From positions 6,933 through 70,932 of the IMG/VR virus record IMGVR_UViG_3300025276_000030: a stretch of 64,000 nucleotides of DNA; one strand, 5' to 3'. Source of the stretch: a virus. A program made the translations under genes and the position numbers. Shown here one piece after another: positions 56,840 through 64,000 of the stretch. Positions within the stretch are counted from its first letter, which is position 1. Each line of letters starts with the position of its first letter. The notes below the pieces were generated by a model. It was not told the DNA's origin. It ran no database searches and saw nothing but the letters and a program-made list of their open reading frames with translations.

Positions 56840-57772
56840 CTATTTATTTTTTATTCTAGTATTATTGCTTCTAGTATTATTGCTTCTAGAGCTACTAGCA
56901 GACTTTATAACTACTGTACGAGTAGGTCTTGGAATTACGTTACGGTTATTGTTACTGTTATTTATAACCGGTGGTCTATTATAAATTCTAACGTTATTAT
57001 TATTAGTGTTGGTATTTCTAATTATTTTAGGTACATTATTAGGATTAGTATAAACTTTAATCTCTTTTCCATTCCCGTTTTTAATTAAGTCTATATAATA
57101 TTGATTTAAATCTTTAATTACAAGGTCCTCTTTTAATGGTTTGTTATTAATAATTCTTGGTTTTGAATTTGAAACAACTATATTATTTTGTATGTTTCTC
57201 GATATAACATTATTAGAACCTCTTCTACCTCTATTATAAGCTACATTCTGTTGTCTGCCGTAAATTCCACCAAGCTGGTGCCATGCATTATGTCCATATC
57301 CATTGCCCCATCCATTCCAGTTATTCCAACCATAAGGGTTATTCCAACTATTACTACTCCAACTGTTGTTGCCCCAACTGTAAGACCATCCCATTCCGTT
57401 TCCGTATGGATATCCCCACACCCAATCATTCCACATTTGGCTTCTGTTCCACACATTAGAATATCCCCAAGTGTTAGTGCCGAATATAGAGTACTGGTTA
57501 TAGCCGTATCTATTCATTCCCATAAATCGGTTCATTCTATTAAATCTCCAATCAAATGACTGTGGTTGACTTAATGCGTATTGAGCAAAATCATATCTAA
57601 AATTAAAATCGTCTCTTAGTAGTCTAGCTAGTTCAAATTCGTTTTTAATAACTTTTACATCAACATCAGATCCATCAATTGAATATGCTGGGTTGTTATT
57701 TAATGTACTTAGTTGAAACGAAGCGCAAGATGAAAATAATAGTACTGTTATCACTAATAATAAATTTTTCAT
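56840..57772 (-). CDS. Lipoprotein with W/G/N-rich and N/R/S-rich low-complexity regions
   Basis: MKNLLLVITVLLFSS-C signal peptide II and lipobox. Confidence 0.75.
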   Translation of the reverse strand: MKNLLLVITVLLFSSCASFQLSTLNNNPAYSIDGSDVDVKVIKNEFELARLLRDDFNFRYDFAQYALSQPQSFDWRFNRMNRFMGMNRYGYNQYSIFGTNTWGYSNVWNRSQMWNDWVWGYPYGNGMGWSYSWGNNSWSSNSWNNPYGWNNWNGWGNGYGHNAWHQLGGIYGRQQNVAYNRGRRGSNNVISRNIQNNIVVSNSKPRIINNKPLKEDLVIKDLNQYYIDLIKNGNGKEIKVYTNPNNVPKIIRNTNTNNNNVRIYNRPPVINNSNNNRNVIPRPTRTVVIKSASSSRSNNTRSNNTRIKNK

Positions 57773-57777
57773 ATGTC

Positions 57778-58560
57778 TTATAGTTTTAGGGTTGTTGGGT
57801 AACTATTATAAATAGGTTCCGTATTAGGGTTCTCTAAAGAGTATAGTTTATATATCATTTTAAACAATTCAAAGTTCTCTTCAATTTCATCTATCTGTAA
57901 AACTTTCCAACCCTTACCTTGAATAACATTCTTCTGTTTTGAAGGGCCTCTTGAATTAGCCTTTAACCAAATTATACCTGTACGTTGGACCTTTACTCCT
58001 TTTGCTTCTTCTAATCCTTTAGCGTATGCAGAAAGCTGTAAGTCGAAAGATTTATGTACTGAGTTAGATGTTTTTATATCCAGTAACCATATTTCACCAT
58101 GCATCTTAACTACTAAATCTGCTGTGCCTGCATATTTGTGTTCGTCTGACCATACAAAGTCTTCTGCTGATATTAGTTCAGGTTTATGTGTTCTCCAGAA
58201 ATCAGCAAACTTTAATATCATTTCCCATACTATTTGAGAATACTTTGCTTTTCCGTAATCATCCATCCACGATACTTCGTTTCCTAAAACAAGTTGTTCA
58301 CATGCTTCATGTACCTGTGTACCCTCTTTACCGGCTTTCCGCATAATTATATTAGCGTTATGACCTACATCTTTAATCCAAGTTTCAAAAAACTTATTTT
58401 TAGGCATATATTGAAGTATTGTAGTAACTGATGGATAGTATACTCCTTCTCCTCTCTTGTAAACTCTCCTGTCTAAGAAGTTAATCTGTTTTAAATCAGG
58501 ATTAAAATCTAATCTTTTCTTTTCATTCTGTTCAAGAATGTTCATTCCTTGTTTTATCAT
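57778..58560 (-). CDS. PD-(D/E)xK exonuclease
   Basis: YPSVTTIL, GTQVH, YAGTADL...LLDIKTS...LQLSAY. Confidence 0.9.
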   Translation of the reverse strand: MIKQGMNILEQNEKKRLDFNPDLKQINFLDRRVYKRGEGVYYPSVTTILQYMPKNKFFETWIKDVGHNANIIMRKAGKEGTQVHEACEQLVLGNEVSWMDDYGKAKYSQIVWEMILKFADFWRTHKPELISAEDFVWSDEHKYAGTADLVVKMHGEIWLLDIKTSNSVHKSFDLQLSAYAKGLEEAKGVKVQRTGIIWLKANSRGPSKQKNVIQGKGWKVLQIDEIEENFELFKMIYKLYSLENPNTEPIYNSYPTTLKL

Positions 58561-59480
58561 AAGTTTAATTTTTGCAACATTATCTTCGAAAAGTCTAATT
58601 CGGTTGCGTTCTGTACTAGCTCTGTAAAAGACTTAAATCCCATTTCTGATGGGTCTTTATCAGGTAGTTCTATTAAAAATACTCTAAATCCAGCTGCTAT
58701 TAATTTTTCTGCTATCCTTAAAGCTTGGGTTTGTGCATCAGTATCTAAAGCGATATAGATGTCGGTTAATTTACTTGTTAATATTCTTTTATATAGTTCG
58801 TTAGTTATACTCTTACCCAGTAGAGGTACTGCATTTCGTCGTATTGCTATTGCATCGAAGACTCCTTCACAAAGTATTATAGGTGTATTCCAGTTAATTA
58901 GGTTTTCAAAGAAGATTATGTCTTTTGAAGTTTCGGGATTCTTATACTTAAAGTAGTTGCCGTCAAAAGTTCTTGCAACAAAGAAATTGAGTGTTCCGGA
59001 TGCAGAATAACTTGGTATAATAACTCGTCCTCCATATTCTCCAGTTGTACAGTATCCAATACCATATTTAATAAAATCATAGTCGGTAAGCCCTCGTTCA
59101 TATAAGTAATTCTTAACTATATTAGATACATATGATGTAGGTGATGAAGTATGAAGGAGTTGAAATTCTTTAGGAAGTTCTACTATTGATAAACCTTTGT
59201 ACTCTATCTCTGAACCTCTGGGAACATATTTAAGTATTTCTGCTGCTGCTGATGGAGGAGTTTTTAGTTGGGTCAATAAAGATCTTATTGATCGACCTTT
59301 GGTCTGACATACCCAGCATTCCCATGGGTTCCTACCTTCTTCGTTGGTAGCCATGTTTATTTCAAGCTTAGGTTTTCTATGATTACAGAAAGGACAGTGG
59401 AAAGCGTAATTTCCTCTTGCTCTCTTATGAGACTTACCCAATATATTTTCAATAGACCCTAGAAGGAAAGTATACTCCAT
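58557..59480 (-). CDS. DNA primase (Zn finger plus TOPRIM)
   Basis: CPFCNH...CWVC; RVIIP; KYKNP; LCEGVFDA; ALDTDA; KDPSE. Confidence 0.92.
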   Translation of the reverse strand: MEYTFLLGSIENILGKSHKRARGNYAFHCPFCNHRKPKLEINMATNEEGRNPWECWVCQTKGRSIRSLLTQLKTPPSAAAEILKYVPRGSEIEYKGLSIVELPKEFQLLHTSSPTSYVSNIVKNYLYERGLTDYDFIKYGIGYCTTGEYGGRVIIPSYSASGTLNFFVARTFDGNYFKYKNPETSKDIIFFENLINWNTPIILCEGVFDAIAIRRNAVPLLGKSITNELYKRILTSKLTDIYIALDTDAQTQALRIAEKLIAAGFRVFLIELPDKDPSEMGFKSFTELVQNATELDFSKIMLQKLNL

Positions 59481-59504
59481 ATATTTTTACGTAACTATTA
59501 ATCT

Positions 59505-59535
59505 ATAATATACGAAAAATAATTCTAAATATCAA
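59505..59535 (-). promoter_or_regulatory. TTG-N20-TATATT promoter upstream of primase
   Basis: TTGatatttagaattatttttcgTATATTAT. Confidence 0.6.
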
Positions 59536-59953
59536 CTAATTTTAATTTGTTTTGCTGATTTACCATTACGTTTGATGGTCGAATATCTAACTCGTCAGGA
59601 TCAATTCCCATTTTTAAAGCCTCTTTTTCCGTAGCTTCTATCCACTCTTCCGGAATCTCACCATGATACTCTCCTAAGACTTCCATTTGTATTATACCTA
59701 ATTTAGGTGCCATAACTTCTACATCTATAATAAATGCAAAGTTTTTTGATTTCTTACCTTTTAATACAACTGCATGTTCTAATTCTATTTCGTCAGTAGT
59801 AACTTTATATACCCTTCCGTTTAATAAGTAAGCTGATCCGTAATCTCCTGAGCCTAGATATTTAGCTCCTTTATCTCTTAATTGATCAGTAGCTTTTTCA
59901 AACCCTGGGTCGTAGTATAGTATTTCACCAAGTATTACTCTTGATAGTTTCAT
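59525..59953 (-). CDS. Minimal protein-kinase-like protein (142 aa)
   Basis: LGSGDYGSAY (Gly loop), VYK, E of ELE, LDIRPSNVM (catalytic loop), LKLVD. Confidence 0.75.
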   Translation of the reverse strand: MKLSRVILGEILYYDPGFEKATDQLRDKGAKYLGSGDYGSAYLLNGRVYKVTTDEIELEHAVVLKGKKSKNFAFIIDVEVMAPKLGIIQMEVLGEYHGEIPEEWIEATEKEALKMGIDPDELDIRPSNVMVNQQNKLKLVDI

Positions 59954-59958
59954 CGCTT

Positions 59959-60306
59959 TTAACTTTTTTCTATATTAAAATGAAAATCTACTTTAGGATA
60001 GTAGTCTCTTTCCCCAGGTTCAGTTTCATAATAGTTACTGTCCTGTTTAACCTCTAAACCTTTACCTTTAATAAATTCTAATATACTATTCCACTTTGAT
60101 TCTTCAAATTCACTTTTCATTCGGAATGTTACTGATCCGTACCCTTTATCCTTTAGAGGGTCATTGTCTGGTCTTCCTCCTGCAAATTCACCCATTGTAA
60201 CGTACGGGTCTCCTCCAAATTTTTGATCTATATCGTTAGCGAGTTGACTTTCCTCTTTTTTGTACTTGTCAAAATCGTTTTCTAATATTATGTCTCTTAA
60301 TTTCAT
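59959..60306 (-). CDS. Hypothetical protein with MKLxxIILE start
   Basis: MKLRDIILEND; 115 aa. Confidence 0.7.
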   Translation of the reverse strand: MKLRDIILENDFDKYKKEESQLANDIDQKFGGDPYVTMGEFAGGRPDNDPLKDKGYGSVTFRMKSEFEESKWNSILEFIKGKGLEVKQDSNYYETEPGERDYYPKVDFHFNIEKS

Positions 60307-60566
60307 ACTTTATAAATTTTAACCTTTAAATCTCCTGTTCCTTTAATTAAACGGTGATAGGTGTTCTTTGGTATAAATAGTTTGTTATCTGTTAAAGTCT
60401 CCGGTACCTCATTATCAAATTGAAATTTCCAGTCTGTTTTATGTAAAGTTTCTACGTACCTGTCTTCTTGATCTCGGTGCCATACTAATTCGAAAGCATC
60501 TGTATCATAGGAAAACTCTCTTATTATATGACCTACTTTATTAAGCTCTATATAGGGATTATCCAT
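60303..60566 (-). CDS. Small cupin-like protein
   Basis: ELVWHRDQEDR...WKFQ...FIPKNTYHRLIKG. Confidence 0.7.
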   Translation of the reverse strand: MDNPYIELNKVGHIIREFSYDTDAFELVWHRDQEDRYVETLHKTDWKFQFDNEVPETLTDNKLFIPKNTYHRLIKGTGDLKVKIYKV

Positions 60567-60568
60567 TA

Positions 60569-61162
60569 TTAACTAGCTACGTGCTTAAGAATTGCGTAGG
60601 ATGTACTTGTATATGAAGAAGCATAAAGTGTTTGAGAAGTTGTTCCGCTACCTACTGCTCCAACAAAACCTCCTGCTTCTGTATACCATACCCAAGCCCC
60701 TGCTGAGTATCCATAACTAAAGTTACTAGCTGTGATTGTTATAGAACTATAATCATTATAATTAATTCCGGATAGGTATAGTTTGAAACCGGCTGCGGAA
60801 TTGGCTGAATTGATAGATGTTTGTTCAGAAGATGGAGAAGATCCTGCTTTCCATGTTACTCCTTTACATATAGAAGGACTAGAAACTCCTACGGTGCAAT
60901 TCTCTCCGTGTATTATTAAGAATCTATGTTTTTTTAAAGCGCTTGAGGGGTTAATCCTAAAGCCTTGTTTTGTATTAGTTCCTCTGAATGGTATACCGTT
61001 TGATTGTACCATTCTTGTATGCACTCCAGAAGCTTGGCATGTGCTTATCGTCATACTTGCGTTACCGCTATACCCCGAGCTATTTCTTAACTTAGCTTCT
61101 GCAGATAGGTTATTAATTGCAGTGACTGTAATATCTGTTGTCGGTAAATTTACTACTCCCAT
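60569..61162 (-). CDS. Hypothetical S/T/G-rich, possibly virion-associated protein
   Basis: 197-aa ORF in the co-directional operon. Confidence 0.6.
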   Translation of the reverse strand: MGVVNLPTTDITVTAINNLSAEAKLRNSSGYSGNASMTISTCQASGVHTRMVQSNGIPFRGTNTKQGFRINPSSALKKHRFLIIHGENCTVGVSSPSICKGVTWKAGSSPSSEQTSINSANSAAGFKLYLSGINYNDYSSITITASNFSYGYSAGAWVWYTEAGGFVGAVGSGTTSQTLYASSYTSTSYAILKHVAS

Positions 61163-61174
61163 ATCTTAAATTTT

Positions 61175-61720
61175 CTACCAGTACCCACTAAAATTCTTTG
61201 ATCCACCTAATGATTTCCAGTAGCGTCCGATATTACAAGACCAGTATCCCGGTTTTGATTTATCTTTCTTAGTAGCGCATTTATGTCTCGCAGCGAAGGA
61301 AGATCTTGCTCCTGGTTCGTCTATTTTAACATTAAGTCCTGTAGTACCTCCAAATGATACTTTAACTATGTTCCCTTTTTTGTTTTTAACATACACGTAG
61401 AACTTTTTAGATCCACCTCGTTTTGGTTTATTTAATGCTACATCTTTACCTTGATATTCTGCTTCTTTCAACATTGGTAGATCCAAAGGTACTTTTTTAC
61501 CTTCGTATTTTCCATATTGACCTATATCTGTGGATTCAATGAGATTTAAGTCCTCTTCGTTAAGTTTGATTTTACCGTCTCTATGTGCTGTTCTAGCTTC
61601 GCTAAATAACTGTATAAAGCTATCGCTAGAGTAACGGTAGACATTCTCATGTAAAGAGAGTCCATTATCTAAATGGTATTCTAGTGAAGGTGTGCCTATT
61701 ATTTCTTGGAGTCTTATCAT
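61175..61720 (-). CDS. Two-part hypothetical protein (acidic N-terminus, basic C-terminal domain)
   Basis: MIRLQEII start; LPMLKE|AE junction; KKFYVYVKN...VSFG...SFAARHKC...YWSC. Confidence 0.7.
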   Translation of the reverse strand: MIRLQEIIGTPSLEYHLDNGLSLHENVYRYSSDSFIQLFSEARTAHRDGKIKLNEEDLNLIESTDIGQYGKYEGKKVPLDLPMLKEAEYQGKDVALNKPKRGGSKKFYVYVKNKKGNIVKVSFGGTTGLNVKIDEPGARSSFAARHKCATKKDKSKPGYWSCNIGRYWKSLGGSKNFSGYW

Positions 61721-61724
61721 GGTG

Positions 61725-62210
61725 TTACTTTATATCGAAATCTTTTCTGTAGAATTTACCAAGTACATTGTCATTAATGTAGTTGTCTCTATTCTCAAGG
61801 ACCTCGTTTATAAATAGGTATTTACATTCAAAATATGTTAAGAGCTTTTTACTCGAAACGTAATGTAGAATCTTACGTTCAAAATCAAGAGGCGAGCTTT
61901 CTTTAACTAGTTTTAAAATATCCTTATGGGAACCATAGTAATCCATCCAATCAGATTCGGTTATTACTTTCTGTTTTAGTGGGGTTCTACCTCCAATACC
62001 TTTTGATTTTCTCTCTTCTTTTAAAGCTGCTAAAGCTCTTACTCCTAACCTCTTATTACGTTCGAAGTAAAGTACTTTTTTACCTAGGTACTTTTTACCT
62101 GAGGGTTTATGAAGAGTCTCGTATATAAATCCATAGGTGCCTTCAGGCATGTCTGATATTTCTGTAATTATATGACCCTTAAAGGTCCAACTGGGAACTG
62201 TTACCATCAT
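61725..62210 (-). CDS. GIY-YIG-like endonuclease
   Basis: YGFIY...KYLGKK...YYGS...FERKIL...E...YINDN. Confidence 0.7.
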   Translation of the reverse strand: MMVTVPSWTFKGHIITEISDMPEGTYGFIYETLHKPSGKKYLGKKVLYFERNKRLGVRALAALKEERKSKGIGGRTPLKQKVITESDWMDYYGSHKDILKLVKESSPLDFERKILHYVSSKKLLTYFECKYLFINEVLENRDNYINDNVLGKFYRKDFDIK

Positions 62211-62214
62211 TTTG

Positions 62215-62245
62215 TTAATTTAAGAATAATAATGCAGAGAAGCAA
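62215..62245 (-). promoter_or_regulatory. TTG-N20-TAAATT promoter
   Basis: TTGcttctctgcattattattctTAAATTAA. Confidence 0.5.
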
Positions 62246-63274
62246 CTAGATTAATACTATTGCTCTAATTGATGAGTTTATTTCTTCATTAGATGGAGAT
62301 AGTGTTGCTCCATATCTTCTAGTAATGAAGGGTATGATGTTCTCTGCTACATATGGAATATACGTACTGTTAGAGTCACTATCTAAATCACCTATGAACC
62401 TGAGCATTTCAAATTTGTTATCATTTTTTAAATGGAAGGGGTGTAGGTAGCCTGTTTCTATGTGAAAGTTATTCATCTGATTAAGTAGTGTTCCGTAAAA
62501 CTCTCCGAGGAGATCGGGTCTAGAGGTGTCATATACAGGAGGAACTCCAACTACAGATGAATTTAAAACAAAAGTAGGAGTTATACTATTATCTTGACAT
62601 AGGTTATAAAGTACTGCTTCTTCTAACACGGTACTGATATAAGCTCTACCTAATGTTACTGGTGATGATTTTAATACTTCAGCGGATAATGCTTTTAGAA
62701 GTAATGTATTCGTATTTAAGTATGTATTGTGCGTGGATATGTATTCTGCTCTAACTACGCTGTTTGCTTTAAATCCTATTACTCCGGGGTTGTATATACT
62801 ATTCATTCTACCTGTAAGTATCTCAGGTAGGCTTATTGTTAAAATATCTTTAAATGCAACGTTCCATGAACAGTTTTCTGATTCTGTATAATTAAGGAGG
62901 TTACCTTCGTGACTCTGAACTATGGTATCGGTAAATGTAGGGAAACGTTTTTTAATGAACACATCATTATCAACATGTATTACGTCGTCATCGGGGTATA
63001 GCGATAGGGTGTATCCTTTATACCCGCATAAAGATAATGGACGACTAAAAGGGTAATCATCTAAAGCTGTAGTAATACTACTGTAAGGGAAGTTATATTT
63101 CTCTATTAACTCTTTACCTTTAGTATCTGTAACTAGAATTATTTCTTGGTCTGGACCATATGTTTTTCTAATAGACTCGATACTCATGAAATGATATAGT
63201 AACGTCTGAGTGTTCTTAGTAGCGTTTAAACTATCATCAAAGTTATCTGTTGCTAATGTTTGTAGTATTTTCAT
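62246..63274 (-). CDS. Putative GT-A-fold glycosyltransferase-like protein
   Basis: SIESIRKTY...ILVTD...K...IHVDNDVFI (DxD)...YNPGVIG...LEE; same layout as 875..1765. Confidence 0.55.
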   Translation of the reverse strand: MKILQTLATDNFDDSLNATKNTQTLLYHFMSIESIRKTYGPDQEIILVTDTKGKELIEKYNFPYSSITTALDDYPFSRPLSLCGYKGYTLSLYPDDDVIHVDNDVFIKKRFPTFTDTIVQSHEGNLLNYTESENCSWNVAFKDILTISLPEILTGRMNSIYNPGVIGFKANSVVRAEYISTHNTYLNTNTLLLKALSAEVLKSSPVTLGRAYISTVLEEAVLYNLCQDNSITPTFVLNSSVVGVPPVYDTSRPDLLGEFYGTLLNQMNNFHIETGYLHPFHLKNDNKFEMLRFIGDLDSDSNSTYIPYVAENIIPFITRRYGATLSPSNEEINSSIRAIVLI

Positions 63275-63284
63275 ATGATTCTGT

Positions 63285-63998
63285 TTATTCTGATCCGCTT
63301 ACTGCTGTTTCTAATTCTGCTACTTTAGTCTCTAAAGAAGTAATTTTTGCTATAAGTTGCTGTATCCCAGCTGTGTTTAAAGCTACAATTGGCATCTGGT
63401 CAACAGTTAATACATCTTCAATATGTCCGATTTTAGGTTGTACATTTACCAGGTGACTAAAACTACCTGTCATTTGCTGTGCAATAAATCCATATGAATC
63501 TGTTCTTGATTCATCAGGGTTAACATTATGTTTCCATCTAAAAGATTTAGGGGTTAAGTTACCTATTAATGCTAATGGATTATCTATATCTTCTATATTA
63601 TCTTTTAATCTTTCATCAGAAAGGTTAGATGTATTTGCTGTTAATGTACCCGTAACTAAGGCATTACCAAATATATTTGCTACTCCGCTTTGTGCTATTT
63701 CTCCTAAAACTACTGAGCCGTCTGCCCCACTTATCTGGACTCCGTTTAGTCCCATTTTAACTAAAGCTGTAAATGAACCGATAGTAACCGGTGTACCTAA
63801 TGCAGAGTATGCTGAGAAACCTAATGTCCAAGTAAGACAAGAGTTAGCTGTTTGAACACCTGTCCTCAGAGTACCTGTTAATCTTGTGTTTACTGAGTAG
63901 GCTGTTGACTGTATCATTTTAAGTCTATAGGTTCCTGCTCCTTGATTTGTGTATGTTCTATTAATAGTCTGTTGACTAAACCCGTTACCGTGAGTAGG
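63285..63998 (-). CDS. C-terminus of a tail fibre/spike with S74 intramolecular chaperone (5' part lies outside the window)
   Basis: SDERLKDNIEDI...YGFIAQ...coiled coil; the frame stays open upstream of 63917 to the window edge. Confidence 0.85.
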   Translation of the reverse strand, partial: PTHGNGFSQQTINRTYTNQGAGTYRLKMIQSTAYSVNTRLTGTLRTGVQTANSCLTWTLGFSAYSALGTPVTIGSFTALVKMGLNGVQISGADGSVVLGEIAQSGVANIFGNALVTGTLTANTSNLSDERLKDNIEDIDNPLALIGNLTPKSFRWKHNVNPDESRTDSYGFIAQQMTGSFSHLVNVQPKIGHIEDVLTVDQMPIVALNTAGIQQLIAKITSLETKVAELETAVSGSE

Positions 63999-64000
63999 GT

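Noticed and set aside
57778-58560. Cas4 implying a CRISPR system
   Set aside because: Lacks the Fe-S cysteine set, has no array or other cas genes, and is coupled to primase like an ordinary phage exonuclease
3540-63456. Numerous short plus-strand and nested ORFs in the track
   Set aside because: They overlap well-supported minus-strand genes, mostly mirror their codons, and show no motifs
1-64000. Stop-codon reassignment
   Set aside because: Genes tile densely under the standard code, and TAA, TAG and TGA all end credible genes
1-64000. tRNA or rRNA genes, integrase, transposase
   Set aside because: Intergenic gaps are short and none showed a cloverleaf; no recombinase motifs were recognised by eye

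Overview
A 64-kb, AT-rich segment of a large tailed dsDNA phage with a T4-like head module. Every credible gene is on the minus strand. In transcription order (right to left) it holds: the 3' end of a chaperone-tipped fibre gene and a DxD glycosyltransferase-like gene; a block of small enzymes (GIY-YIG-like nuclease, cupin, minimal protein kinase, primase, PD-(D/E)xK exonuclease, lipoprotein, zeta-like kinase, HxGH nucleotidyltransferase, HAD nucleotidase); several very acidic putative internal head proteins; large terminase, portal, prohead protease, scaffold and major capsid (gp17/20/21/22/23-like); PhoH; neck and tail-terminator genes; two ~2,850-aa fibre genes, each followed by a cassette of small LamG or fibrinogen-domain proteins; and two more glycosyltransferase-like genes. 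AT-rich leaders without Shine-Dalgarno sites and TTG-N20-TAwATT promoters suggest a Bacteroidota host (inference). The most interesting unexplained signals are: (1) a shared N-terminal MKLxxI(I/L)xE peptide on about a dozen unrelated ORFs, plus internal xxE-punctuated 'polyproteins', suggesting a capsid-targeting and protease-processed enzyme cargo system; (2) a pervasive (S/T)-(G/A/S)-S motif in tail and neck proteins next to three glycosyltransferase-like genes, a possible virion glycosylation system; (3) six lectin-like proteins sharing an N-terminal Gly-Pro anchor; (4) structured leaders sharing UGGACAG in front of both giant fibre genes; (5) a TATTTATA late-promoter-like motif. All assignments come from reading motifs by eye; no database search was run.
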